A stretch of 64,000 nt of DNA from the NCBI GenBank assembly GCA_946403845.1, contig CAMJBL010000004.1:26170-90169 (forward strand), read 5' to 3'. Below, in pieces: positions 1-9,283 of this stretch. A program made the position numbers and the translations under genes. The first letter of the stretch is position 1; every line of letters begins with the position of its first letter. The notes beneath the pieces are model-generated. The model worked only from the letters and a program-made list of their open reading frames with translations. It was not told the origin of the DNA and searched no databases. The DNA comes from an uncultured Prevotella sp. (GTDB taxonomy: Bacteria > Bacteroidota > Bacteroidia > Bacteroidales > Bacteroidaceae).

Positions 1-260
1 GTACAAAGATACGATGATTTTCGATACATTCCAAGCATTTTTCCTTCTGAAAATCTAAGATATATCAAGTTTAGGAATTTTAACTCAAATTTGGCTATCT
101 CGCTGATTTTTCGTATATTTGTATACAGAATTACACCCTGTGCCATGACCAGCCCGGCCTGCATGATCTGTTTCACTCCAAGCGCCAATACGTAACACCG
201 TCTGAATATGCGCTAATTGCCTCAAAATTAAGCACTTGGATTTGTAGTCGATGCAAAAAC

Positions 261-452
261 GTTTCATTTGTTTCATTTGTTTCATAACAAATTGGTTGTT
301 GCGAAAGTTCTCAAAATGGACCTATTGAGGGGGAAGATTATATATATTATTATAATTATATATATAATCTTTTATAAACTACCCCTTAAATCCCCCCAAA
401 AATGCATGTCGATCGAACCAATTTGTAATGAAACGTTTGAAACGTTTGAAAC
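261..452. repeat. Origin-like structure 1: 3x GTTTCA (9-bp period) / AT palindrome / 3x TGAAAC inverted
   Basis: 261-297 and 416-452 are inverted repeats (30/37 match); the central 334-371 is a near-perfect palindrome, almost entirely A/T. Confidence 0.7.
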
Positions 453-704
453 AAAACTAATGTTAACGCCCGTGTATACGAACCTTAAAAATCATCCCCA
501 GTGGTTAAAAGTAATAAACGATAACAATTTATTTTGTTTTAAAGAAAAAATAGAAATGTGTAAATCTGTGGGATCTTCTTCCGTATGGAAGGTCTATCTG
601 TATAGATCTATTCTATCTGTTTAGATCAGAGCGCACGGGGGGAAGCGCACGGGGGGACAGGAGTCGTGTGAGTTCAAGCATCACTCTGCCCTCGCTCAAC
701 CGCA

Positions 705-843
705 GACTTTGACGAACTTATCCTCGAGAAGCGTGGCACCACTTATTGGATTCACTTCGCTGTGCGGCCGAAGGATCGCTCGGCCCATGGGGGACGCTTG
801 CCAGAGCAAGAATCGCCGGAAAATTTTGTTTGATTGCAAATAA
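705..843 (+). pseudogene. 3' remnant of a peptidase M15 gene, paralog of 59817..60335, interrupted by a 34-bp insertion (777-810)
   Basis: Translates DFDELILEKRGTTYWIHFAVRPKD-[34 nt]-NRRKILFDCK* versus DFDELIQEKRGSTYWIHFAVRPKDNRRKIFFDCH* in the intact copy; no 5' part upstream. Confidence 0.9.
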
Positions 844-912
844 TATGAAGCGTTAGTTTCCTGAAGTCAGCAACTTTTCCCTCAAATCCTTTGCGGTTTG
901 AGGGATTTTCTT

Positions 913-920
913 TATCTTTG
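913..920 (+). promoter_or_regulatory. Bacteroidota sigma-A -7 element (TATCTTTG)
   Basis: TAnnTTTG with TTTG about 20 bp upstream, ahead of the ATG at 967. Confidence 0.65.
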
Positions 921-966
921 CACCATAAACTGTAAACATGTTACACATTATTTAATTTACTAACTT

Positions 967-1899
967 ATGAAAAAGAGATTATTCATGACCTTAACGTTTG
1001 CCCTCGCTATGAGTGCAAGCCTGTTTGCCCAAACCGAACCTACCGTCCTCGAAGAAGGCGGCACAGGCCCTTACAAGGCAGTGATGTACGAAATTGCCGG
1101 CTTCGGCGAGCACACCATCTTCGCCCCGAAGGACCTCTCCCAGTTCAATGCCAAGAAACCCCTGCCCGTGCTCGTATGGGGTAACGGCGGCTGCGCCAAC
1201 TCCCCCCGTGGCCATGAGAAGTTCCTCAACGACATCGCCTCCTATGGCTATCTCGTGCTCGCTACGGGTATCATGCCCAAGCAGGACGCACCCCGCGGCT
1301 TTGGCGGTATGGGCGGCGGCAACCAGTCGCGCTCCGAGCAACAGGTAGAGTCGATGGACTTCGCCTTTGCGCAGAATGCCGACAAGAACAGCCCGTTCTA
1401 TCAGAAGATCGACACCAAGAACATCTGCATATCAGGCATGTCGTGTGGTGGTCTGCAGGCCCTCTTCAACTGTTTCGACCCGCGTGTCACCTCGATCATG
1501 ATCTGCAACAGCGGACTGTTTGAGCAGCCCGAGGGCGACGCCGGAGGCCAGAATGCCCGTCGCATGCCCGGAATGCCCAGCGTTCCCAAGGCCAAGCTGA
1601 AGGAGATCCATTGCCCCATCATCTACATCCTGGGAGGCGAGAGCGATATTGCCTATAACAACGGTATGGACGATTTCAAGCGCATCGACCATGTGCCCGC
1701 CATCGCCGTCAACCTGCCCGTAGGCCACGGTGGCACCTACAACCAGCCTCATGGCGGTGAGTTCGCCATCGTTGCCCGTGCCTGGCTCGACTGGCAGCTC
1801 AAGGGCAATCAGGAGGCCTCGAAGATGTTCGTTGGCGACAAGCCCGCCATCCTCGACCGTCCTGACTGGACGCTCCAGAAGAATGGCAAGGTGAAGTAA
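967..1899 (+). CDS. Secreted alpha/beta hydrolase (esterase; chlorophyllase/cutinase-like)
   Basis: Signal peptide; GMSCGG nucleophile elbow; candidate Asp (ESDIA) and His (VGHGG); WGNGG oxyanion region. Confidence 0.8.
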   Translation: MKKRLFMTLTFALAMSASLFAQTEPTVLEEGGTGPYKAVMYEIAGFGEHTIFAPKDLSQFNAKKPLPVLVWGNGGCANSPRGHEKFLNDIASYGYLVLATGIMPKQDAPRGFGGMGGGNQSRSEQQVESMDFAFAQNADKNSPFYQKIDTKNICISGMSCGGLQALFNCFDPRVTSIMICNSGLFEQPEGDAGGQNARRMPGMPSVPKAKLKEIHCPIIYILGGESDIAYNNGMDDFKRIDHVPAIAVNLPVGHGGTYNQPHGGEFAIVARAWLDWQLKGNQEASKMFVGDKPAILDRPDWTLQKNGKVK

Positions 1900-1908
1900 C
1901 AGCGACAC

Positions 1909-2838
1909 ATGCGGAAATTCTGTCATTACATCTCCGAATACCTGGGTGTGCTGGTGCTGGCGGCAGCTGTCGTGGCATTGCTGTTCCCTGCTGCGCTGCA
2001 ACAGATACCGACGTCGGTCATCAATCCGCTGCTGGGCGTCATCATGTTCGGCATGGGACTGACGTTGAACCTCAACGACTTTAAGATCGTCTTCAGCCGC
2101 CCCAAGGATGTCATCGTGGGCTGTCTGGCGCAGTTCACCATCATGCCATTGCTGGCGTGGGGGCTGGCCAGCGCCTTCCAGCTCGACGAGGCGTTGGCCC
2201 TTGGCGTGGTGCTGGTGGGCTGCTGTCCTGGCGGCACGGCGTCGAATGTCATCACCTATCTGGCCAAGGGCGATCTGGCGCTTTCGGTGGGCATGACGGG
2301 TGTTTCCACCCTGCTGGCGCCGCTGCTCACGCCGTTGCTCACATGGGCGCTGGCGGGTAAGAGTGTCAATGTCGATGTGGTGGGTATGCTGCTGAGCATT
2401 CTCTGGGTGGTTATCCTGCCCATCGTCATCGGCTTGTCGGTAAAGGCGATATGGCCTAAGTTCACAGAGAAAGCCGTTGATTATCTCCCTGCCGTTTCGT
2501 CGATTGCCATTGCCATGATTGTGGCGATCGTCATCGGAGCCAATGCCAGTAAACTGTTGGCGGGAGGCTTGATCATCGTCGTGGTGGTGATGCTCCACAA
2601 CCTCTGCGGCCTGGGGCTTGGCTATCTGATAGGACGGCTGCTCGGCCTGTCTGAGCCCAAGAAGCGGGCCATCTCCATCGAGGTCGGCATGCAGAACTCC
2701 GGCCTCGCCTTGTCGCTGGCCACGCTCCACTTCGCCGCCTATCCCATGGCCACCATCCCGGGTGCCGTGTTCAGCGTATGGCATAACATCAGCGGCGCAA
2801 TGGTTGCCCGTTTATATACAAGAAATAAAGACAATTAG
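1909..2838 (+). CDS. Bile acid:sodium symporter (BASS) family transporter
   Basis: IMFGMG, CCPGGTASN and EVGMQNSGLA motifs; many TM helices. Confidence 0.92.
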   Translation: MRKFCHYISEYLGVLVLAAAVVALLFPAALQQIPTSVINPLLGVIMFGMGLTLNLNDFKIVFSRPKDVIVGCLAQFTIMPLLAWGLASAFQLDEALALGVVLVGCCPGGTASNVITYLAKGDLALSVGMTGVSTLLAPLLTPLLTWALAGKSVNVDVVGMLLSILWVVILPIVIGLSVKAIWPKFTEKAVDYLPAVSSIAIAMIVAIVIGANASKLLAGGLIIVVVVMLHNLCGLGLGYLIGRLLGLSEPKKRAISIEVGMQNSGLALSLATLHFAAYPMATIPGAVFSVWHNISGAMVARLYTRNKDN

Positions 2839-2848
2839 AACCGGAAAT

Positions 2849-4831
2849 ATGGAAGAGATTAAGACGCAACTTCCCGATAATGCGTTTCGGGAATTGAAGG
2901 AGGGTGAGAAGTATGAACCGCTGATGTCGCCAAAGGGGATTTATCCCGAGGTGAACGGCTGGTCGGTGACGTGGGGTATCCTGATGGCGATGCTCTTCTC
3001 GGCGGCGGCTGCCTACCTGGGACTGAAGGTGGGACAGGTGTTCGAGGCGGCCATCCCCATTGCCATCATCGCGGTGGGCGTGTCGACGGCTGCCCGGCGC
3101 AGCAAGGCCCTGGGCGAGAATGTGATCATCCAGTCGATCGGAGCCTGTTCGGGTGCTGTGGTGGCGGGTGCCATTTTCACCCTGCCGGCCATCTATATCC
3201 TGCAGGCGAAGTATCCGGAGATGTCGGCCTCGTTTCTGAAGATCTTCATCGCCTCGTTGCTGGGCGGTATCATCGGCATCCTGTTTCTGATACCCTTCCG
3301 GAAGTATTTCGTGAGCGACATGCATGGTAAATACCCCTTCCCGGAGGCAACGGCGACGACACAGGTGCTGGTGAGTGGTGCCAAGGGCGGCAATCAGGCG
3401 AAGCCCCTGCTGCTGGCGGGTATCGTGGGCGGACTGTATGACTTCGTCGTGGCGACGTTTGGCTGGTGGAATGAGAACTTCACCTCGCGCGTGGTAGAGT
3501 GGGGACAGTCGCTGGCCGATCAGGCGAAGCTGGTGTTTAAGATCAACACCGGTGCGGCTGTGCTGGGTCTGGGCTATATCATCGGTTTCAAATATGCGCT
3601 GATCATCACGCTGGGCTCGCTGAGCGTGTGGTGGCTGATTGTGCCGGGACTGTCGCTGCTGTTTGGCACGGAGGTTCTGAACCAATGGGATCCCTCGATT
3701 ACGATGGCTGTGGGCGATATGTCGCCTGAACAGATATTCAAGGCTTATGGCAAGTCGATTGGTATCGGTGGCATCGCGATGGCGGGCATCATCGGCATCA
3801 TTAAGTCGTGGGGCATCATCAAGGGTGCGGTGTCGCTGGCGGCGAAGGAGATGAAGGGCAGTGGCGGCGAGGCTGCTGTGGCGCAGGAGCGGACGCAACG
3901 CGACCTGCCGTTTAAGTTTATCGCCATCGCCTCGATCATTACCATTGTGCTGACGTTCCTCTTCTTCTGGTTCGGCGTGATGGACGGCAATATGCTGCAG
4001 GCGCTGGTGGCCATCGTGCTGGTGGCGGTGATCGCCTTCCTCTTTACGACGGTGGCGGCGAATGCCATTGCCATTGTGGGCTCGAACCCCGTCTCTGGTA
4101 TGACGCTGATGACACTTATCCTCGCCTCTGTCGTAATGGTGGGCGTAGGCCTGCAAGGCACGAGCGGTATGGTGGCTGCGCTGATCATGGGCGGTGTGGT
4201 GTGTACGGCCCTCTCGATGGCGGGTGCCTTCATCACCGACCTGAAGATCGGTTACTGGCTGGGAACGACGCCCCGGAAACAGGAGTCGTGGAAATTCCTG
4301 GGCACGCTGGTGTCTGCAGCCACGGTGGGTGGCGTGATGATGCTGCTCAACGAGACCTATGGCTTTGCCAGCGGACAGTTGGCAGCCCCTCAGGCCAATG
4401 CGATGGCAGCGGTGATCGATCCGCTGATGAACGGGGTGGGGGCACCCTGGGTGCTCTACGCCATCGGAGCGGCGATTGCTATCGTGCTGACGCTCTGTAA
4501 GGTGCCTGCCCTGGCCTTCGCTCTGGGTATGTTTATCCCGCTGGAGCTGAATGTGCCGCTGCTGGTGGGAGGCGCTGTGAACTGGTTCGTTACCACGCGC
4601 TCGAAGGACAAGGCGCAGAACGAGGCCCGTGGCGAGAAGGGTACGCTGATTGCCTCCGGCTTTATCGCCGGTGGTGCGCTGATGGGCGTGGTGAGTGCCC
4701 TGCTGCGCTTTGGCGGTTTCAACCCTGTGAGCGAGTCGTGGCTGGCCAATCCGCTGTCGGAGGTATTGTCGCTCGTGGCGTATATCCTGTTGATTGCTTA
4801 CTTCGTCCGCGCAACAAAACCGGCGAAGTGA
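2849..4831 (+). CDS. OPT family oligopeptide transporter
   Basis: YLGLKVG, ENVIIQ, FPEATAT, DLKIGYWLG and APQANAM motifs; start moved to MEEIK at 2849. Confidence 0.92.
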   Translation: MEEIKTQLPDNAFRELKEGEKYEPLMSPKGIYPEVNGWSVTWGILMAMLFSAAAAYLGLKVGQVFEAAIPIAIIAVGVSTAARRSKALGENVIIQSIGACSGAVVAGAIFTLPAIYILQAKYPEMSASFLKIFIASLLGGIIGILFLIPFRKYFVSDMHGKYPFPEATATTQVLVSGAKGGNQAKPLLLAGIVGGLYDFVVATFGWWNENFTSRVVEWGQSLADQAKLVFKINTGAAVLGLGYIIGFKYALIITLGSLSVWWLIVPGLSLLFGTEVLNQWDPSITMAVGDMSPEQIFKAYGKSIGIGGIAMAGIIGIIKSWGIIKGAVSLAAKEMKGSGGEAAVAQERTQRDLPFKFIAIASIITIVLTFLFFWFGVMDGNMLQALVAIVLVAVIAFLFTTVAANAIAIVGSNPVSGMTLMTLILASVVMVGVGLQGTSGMVAALIMGGVVCTALSMAGAFITDLKIGYWLGTTPRKQESWKFLGTLVSAATVGGVMMLLNETYGFASGQLAAPQANAMAAVIDPLMNGVGAPWVLYAIGAAIAIVLTLCKVPALAFALGMFIPLELNVPLLVGGAVNWFVTTRSKDKAQNEARGEKGTLIASGFIAGGALMGVVSALLRFGGFNPVSESWLANPLSEVLSLVAYILLIAYFVRATKPAK

Positions 4832-4903
4832 CAATTAAAGACCTTTAAATATTTGGATGCTTGCGCTTTTATTTGTATATTTGCAGCGTAATTAAGAGAG
4901 AAT

Positions 4904-5677
4904 ATGAAGAAATATCTGTTGGATCTCACGGTTGTGTCGGTGGAAAGGATTCATGAGCGCTATGTGCTCATCAGGCTCACCGACGGGCAGCCTCTGCCGG
5001 AGATGCTGCCAGGACAGTTTGTCGAGATCCGTGTGGACGGTTCGCCGACCACCTTCCTGCGTCGCCCTATCTCCATCAATTTCGTGAATACGGAGGCCAA
5101 TGAGCTCTGGCTGCTGGTGGCGGCTGTGGGCGACGGTACCCGCAGACTGGCGGCGCTGAAGGCCGGCGAGAAACTGAACTGCCTGTTGCCACTTGGCAAT
5201 GGCTTTACGATGCCTCAGAAACGCGAAGAGAAGATACTGCTCGTGGGCGGCGGCGTGGGGGTGGCTCCCTTGCTCTATATGGGGGCGCAGATGGCGCTGA
5301 TGGGTTGTCAGCCAACGTTCCTGCTGGGTGCCCGTACAGCCAAGGACCTGCTGATGATGGACGAGTTCAGGAAGTATGGTCGGGTGTGTGTGACGACGGA
5401 GGACGGCTCTGAGGGCGAGAAGGGCTTTGTGACCAATCACTCGCTGTTGCAGAAGGAACAGTTCGACCGTATCGCCACCTGTGGTCCTACGCCGATGATG
5501 AAGGCGGTGGCCCGCTATGCGCGTCAGGCGAATACGGAGTGCGAGGCCTCGTTGGAGAACCTGATGGCCTGCGGACTGGGCGCCTGTCTCTGTTGTGTGG
5601 AGAAGACCACCGAGGGTAATCTGTGTGTGTGTAAGGACGGACCAGTGTTCGACACAAAGCGGTTGCTTTGGGAGTGA
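4904..5677 (+). CDS. pyrK: Dihydroorotate dehydrogenase electron transfer subunit
   Basis: LRRPIS FAD motif, GGGVGVAP, CGP, and MACGLGACLCC...CKDGPVF 2Fe-2S motif; precedes pyrD. Confidence 0.95.
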   Translation: MKKYLLDLTVVSVERIHERYVLIRLTDGQPLPEMLPGQFVEIRVDGSPTTFLRRPISINFVNTEANELWLLVAAVGDGTRRLAALKAGEKLNCLLPLGNGFTMPQKREEKILLVGGGVGVAPLLYMGAQMALMGCQPTFLLGARTAKDLLMMDEFRKYGRVCVTTEDGSEGEKGFVTNHSLLQKEQFDRIATCGPTPMMKAVARYARQANTECEASLENLMACGLGACLCCVEKTTEGNLCVCKDGPVFDTKRLLWE

Positions 5678-5681
5678 AGGA

Positions 5682-5726
5682 TGAAAAATTGAAGAATTGA
5701 AAAATTGAAGAATTGAAGAATTGAAG
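5682..5726 (+). repeat. Octamer tandem repeat (GAARAATT)n; similar arrays at about 16412-16446, 55596-55641, 56927-57003 and 61209-61256
   Basis: Directly visible intergenic 8-bp periodic arrays immediately before start codons. Confidence 0.9.
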
Positions 5727-5728
5727 GA

Positions 5729-6637
5729 ATGGCTGATTTAAAGATAAAACTGGGCAAGCTGGCACTGAAGAATCCCGTGATGACGGCTTCGGGCACTTTC
5801 GGCTATGGGTTGGAATTTGCCGACCTGATGCCGTCGGACGGTATTGGCGGCATCATCGTGAAGGGCACCACGCTGAAGCCCCGCGAGGGCAACGACTACC
5901 CCAGAATGGCGGAGACGGCCAGTGGGATGCTCAACTGCGTGGGGCTGCAGAACAAGGGTGTGGACTATTTCTGCAAGAAGATCTATCCGCAGATCAAGGA
6001 TATCGACACGAACATGATCGTGAATGTGAGCGGTTCGTCGCCTGAGGACTATGCGGAATGTGCTGCCCGTATCGACGCGTTGGAGAGGATTCCCGCCATC
6101 GAGCTGAATATTTCGTGTCCGAACGTGAAGGACGGCGGTATGGCCTTCGGTGTGACCTGTGCAGGGGCCTCGAGTGTGGTGAAGGCCGTGCGTGCGCGCT
6201 ATCACAAGACACTCATCGTGAAGCTCTCGCCCAACGTGACGAATATCGCGGAGATTGCCCGTGCCGTGGAGGCGGAGGGGGCCGACAGCGTGTCGCTCAT
6301 CAATACGCTGATGGGTATGGCCATCGACATCGAGAAGCGCAAAACACTGTTAAGTATCAATACCGGCGGACTGAGTGGTCCTGCCGTGAAGCCCGTGGCC
6401 CTGCGCATGGTGTGGCAGGTGGCCAAGGCTGTGAAGATTCCCGTGGTGGGGTTGGGTGGCATCTGCTCGGCGAAGGATGCCATCGAGTTCCTGATGGCTG
6501 GTGCTACGGCGATTGAGATCGGCACCGCCAACTTCTTGGATCCTACCGTGAGCATCAAGGTGCGCGACGGTATCAACGACTGGCTCGACCGTCATGGTTG
6601 TAAGTCGGTGCAGGAGATTATTGGTGTGATTGACTAA
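5729..6637 (+). CDS. pyrD: Dihydroorotate dehydrogenase (class 1B) catalytic subunit
   Basis: [26 protein letters not shown] and GGLSG motifs. Confidence 0.95.
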   Translation: MADLKIKLGKLALKNPVMTASGTFGYGLEFADLMPSDGIGGIIVKGTTLKPREGNDYPRMAETASGMLNCVGLQNKGVDYFCKKIYPQIKDIDTNMIVNVSGSSPEDYAECAARIDALERIPAIELNISCPNVKDGGMAFGVTCAGASSVVKAVRARYHKTLIVKLSPNVTNIAEIARAVEAEGADSVSLINTLMGMAIDIEKRKTLLSINTGGLSGPAVKPVALRMVWQVAKAVKIPVVGLGGICSAKDAIEFLMAGATAIEIGTANFLDPTVSIKVRDGINDWLDRHGCKSVQEIIGVID

Positions 6638-6650
6638 AAACAGTAAGGAA

Positions 6651-7889
6651 ATGGAAATGGTGAGAACTTCTTTGGCCATACTGGCCTTGTGGCTGGTGAG
6701 CCTGTGCGCGATGGCGCAGGACGACGGGGTGTGGACCCTGAGCGGAAAGGTGATTGACGCCAAGACGCGAAAGCCGATGGCGCATGTGAGTGTGACCGAC
6801 CACCAGGTGGGCACGGTGACCAACGAAGCCGGTGAGTTCGTGCTCAAACTGCCACAGACGCCTAAGAGCGTCACCTTCTCCTGTCTGGGCTATAAGACAC
6901 AACGGCTCTCTGCAGCTGCCTTCGACGGTGTGAGGGTGGAGGTGAGAATGGAACCCAGCAGCGTGATGCTCGACGAGGTAGTGGTACGGGGTGCCGATGC
7001 CAAGAGCCTCGTGATGAAGGCGATGGAGAAGATCGACGACAACTATCCCAACGTGCCCAACCTGCTGCGTGGCTTCTATCGCGAAACGGTGGAGAAACGC
7101 AATCATTTCACAGGTATCTCGGAAGGTGTGGTTGATGTCTACAAGACCTCGTATAGCAAGGACAGCTGGCGTGACGGTGTGTCGATTCTGAAAGGCCGTC
7201 GCCTGTTGAGTCAGCGCGCCAGCGATACGCTGTCGGTGAAGTTGCAGGGCGGTCCTGTGCTGCCCATCATGCTCGATGTGGTGAAGGAGCGCGACGTGCT
7301 GCTCAATGAGGAGGAGCTGAAGAACTATACCTTCCGCTATGTCACGATGAGCAAGGCCGACGACAGGAATCAGTATGTGGTGGAGATCGCACCCTTGTAT
7401 CAATTGCCTTACGCCCTCTATAGCGGACGGCTCTATATCGACCAGGAGACGCTGGCCTTTACCCGTATCGAGCTGAGTCTGGATATGAGTGATCAGGCGA
7501 AGGTGACGCCGATGATCCTGAAGAAGAAACCCCTGGGACTGCGCTTCACACCACGGGAACTGTCGATCTATATCGACTACAAGACTGACGACGGTGTGAC
7601 GCGCATTAATTATATCCGTAACGTGATCCGATTCCGTTGCGACTGGAAGCGGAAGCTCTTCAAATCGAACTTCACAGTGACCTCGGAGATGGTGGTGACG
7701 GATCGTCAGGAGGGGGAGGACCTCAAACCGATCCGAATTCGCGACACCTTTAACCGGAAGGATAATTTCTATGATCAGGTGGTGTATTTCAACGATCCGG
7801 ATTTCTGGGGGAATGAGAATATCATCGAACCCACGGAGGATCTGCTGAAGGGCATCGAGAAGATCAAGAAACGCATCAGTCGCGAGTAA
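6651..7889 (+). CDS. Secreted protein with carboxypeptidase-like regulatory domain
   Basis: Signal peptide followed by the SGKVIDAKT...GTVTNEAGEF...SCLGY...LDEVVV signature. Confidence 0.8.
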   Translation: MEMVRTSLAILALWLVSLCAMAQDDGVWTLSGKVIDAKTRKPMAHVSVTDHQVGTVTNEAGEFVLKLPQTPKSVTFSCLGYKTQRLSAAAFDGVRVEVRMEPSSVMLDEVVVRGADAKSLVMKAMEKIDDNYPNVPNLLRGFYRETVEKRNHFTGISEGVVDVYKTSYSKDSWRDGVSILKGRRLLSQRASDTLSVKLQGGPVLPIMLDVVKERDVLLNEEELKNYTFRYVTMSKADDRNQYVVEIAPLYQLPYALYSGRLYIDQETLAFTRIELSLDMSDQAKVTPMILKKKPLGLRFTPRELSIYIDYKTDDGVTRINYIRNVIRFRCDWKRKLFKSNFTVTSEMVVTDRQEGEDLKPIRIRDTFNRKDNFYDQVVYFNDPDFWGNENIIEPTEDLLKGIEKIKKRISRE

Positions 7890-7909
7890 GATCGTTCGTT
7901 TTTGTGGGG

Positions 7910-8010
7910 GAAAAGAAACTGAGGGCTGGCAATCGCCAGCCCTCAACCAACACAAAAACTAAACTAGACTTAACTAAACATTTCGGGATTTTCACAAACC
8001 CTCGAATGCT
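7910..8010 (-). ncRNA. Candidate small RNA (~100 nt)
   Basis: Minus-strand TATATTTG -7 box at 8014-8021, a 5' hairpin, a U-rich body and the terminator at 7921-7944; no sizeable ORF. Confidence 0.45.
7921..7944. terminator. Intrinsic terminator hairpin (T tract on minus strand)
   Basis: GAGGGCTGGC-aatc-GCCAGCCCTC. Confidence 0.8.
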
Positions 8011-8081
8011 GTGCAAATATAGAACTATTATTTTAAAGTTGCAAGCATTTTAACGAATTTTTATTGGTTTCCTATTCGTTT

Positions 8082-9239
8082 TTACACCTTTTTGCTCTGA
8101 TAGAGCATAAAATGGTCTAAAATGGTCATGGCTGCCATTGCCTCGACCACGGGTACAGCCCTTGGCAAGACACACGGATCGTGGCGCCCTTTAGCCGTCA
8201 GTGTCGTGGGATTCCCTTCGACGTCGACCGTGTCCTGTTCCCTCAACAACGTGGCTACGGGCTTGAAGGCCACGCGGAAATAGATGTCCTGGCCGTTGCT
8301 GATGCCTCCCTGGATGCCACCGCTATGATTGGTCTTGGTTAAGAGGTGAGAAGTGAGAGGTGAGAGGTGAGAGATATGCGAAGAGTCGGAGGATTCAGCG
8401 TATTTGGAGTTATCAGAAGACTCCGAGTTTTCTGAGTGCTCCGAGATAAAGATATCATTCTGCTCTGAGCCACGGGCGGTGACGCCAGAGAAGCCTTCGC
8501 CATATTCGAAGCCCTTGACGGCATTGATGCTCAGCATGGCCCCTCCGAGGGCAGCATGCAGTTTACCGAATTCGGGCTCTCCCAAGCCTGTGGGACAGCC
8601 CTTGATGACACAGGTGATCACGCCACCGATGGTGTCGCCCTCGCCCTTGACCTGGGTGATGAGGGCCTCCATCTCAGCCGCCTTCTGCGCATCAGGACAG
8701 CGAACGGCATTGGTTTCCGTCAGCGAGAGGTCGTAGAGCCGGTAGTCGCGCTCGAGGGCAATGTCGCCCACCTGCGAGGTATAGGCCTGAACGCTGATGC
8801 CCAGCTGCTTGAGCACGAGCTTGGCCAGCGCGCCACCCACACAACGGCTGATGGTGATGCGGGCAGAGGAGCGTCCGCCACCACGATGGTCGCGGATGCC
8901 GTATTTCTGCTGATAGGTGTAGTCGGCATGCGAGGGACGGAACACGTTGCGCATATTCTCGTAGTCCTGCGAGTGCTGGTTGGTGTTACGCACGATGAAG
9001 CCGATGGGACAGCCCGTCGACTTGCCCTCGAAGACCCCGCTGAGCAGTTCCACCTGATCAGCTTCCTGTCGCGATGTCGTGATCTTGCTCTGTCCGGGAC
9101 GACGGCGGTTGAGCTCTGCCTGAATGAAGTCCACGTCGATGTCGATGCCTGCGGGCATGCCGTCGACCACGCCACCAATGGCCTCACCATGACTCTCGCC
9201 AAAGGTCGTCAGCCTGAAAATATTGCCAAACGTATTCAT
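8082..9239 (-). CDS. aroC: Chorismate synthase with a ~30-aa repeat-derived insertion
   Basis: [34 protein letters not shown] and GRHDPC motifs. Confidence 0.96.
   Translation of the reverse strand: MNTFGNIFRLTTFGESHGEAIGGVVDGMPAGIDIDVDFIQAELNRRRPGQSKITTSRQEADQVELLSGVFEGKSTGCPIGFIVRNTNQHSQDYENMRNVFRPSHADYTYQQKYGIRDHRGGGRSSARITISRCVGGALAKLVLKQLGISVQAYTSQVGDIALERDYRLYDLSLTETNAVRCPDAQKAAEMEALITQVKGEGDTIGGVITCVIKGCPTGLGEPEFGKLHAALGGAMLSINAVKGFEYGEGFSGVTARGSEQNDIFISEHSENSESSDNSKYAESSDSSHISHLSPLTSHLLTKTNHSGGIQGGISNGQDIYFRVAFKPVATLLREQDTVDVEGNPTTLTAKGRHDPCVLPRAVPVVEAMAAMTILDHFMLYQSKKV
8342..8445 (-). repeat. In-frame heptamer (TCTCACC) plus degenerate 9-mer repeats inside aroC
   Basis: Encodes [34 protein letters not shown]; the same heptamer array is intergenic at 9252-9283, 21104-21137 and 22368-22401. 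Confidence 0.85.
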
Positions 9240-9283
9240 ATCTCAGTGTATTCTCTCACCTCTCACCTCTCACTTCTCACCTC

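Noticed and set aside
85..624. ORFs 85..285(-) and 268..624(+)
   Set aside because: Their translations (MKQMKQMK, IIYIIIIIYII, ETFETFET) merely reflect the iterons and the AT palindrome; not protein-like
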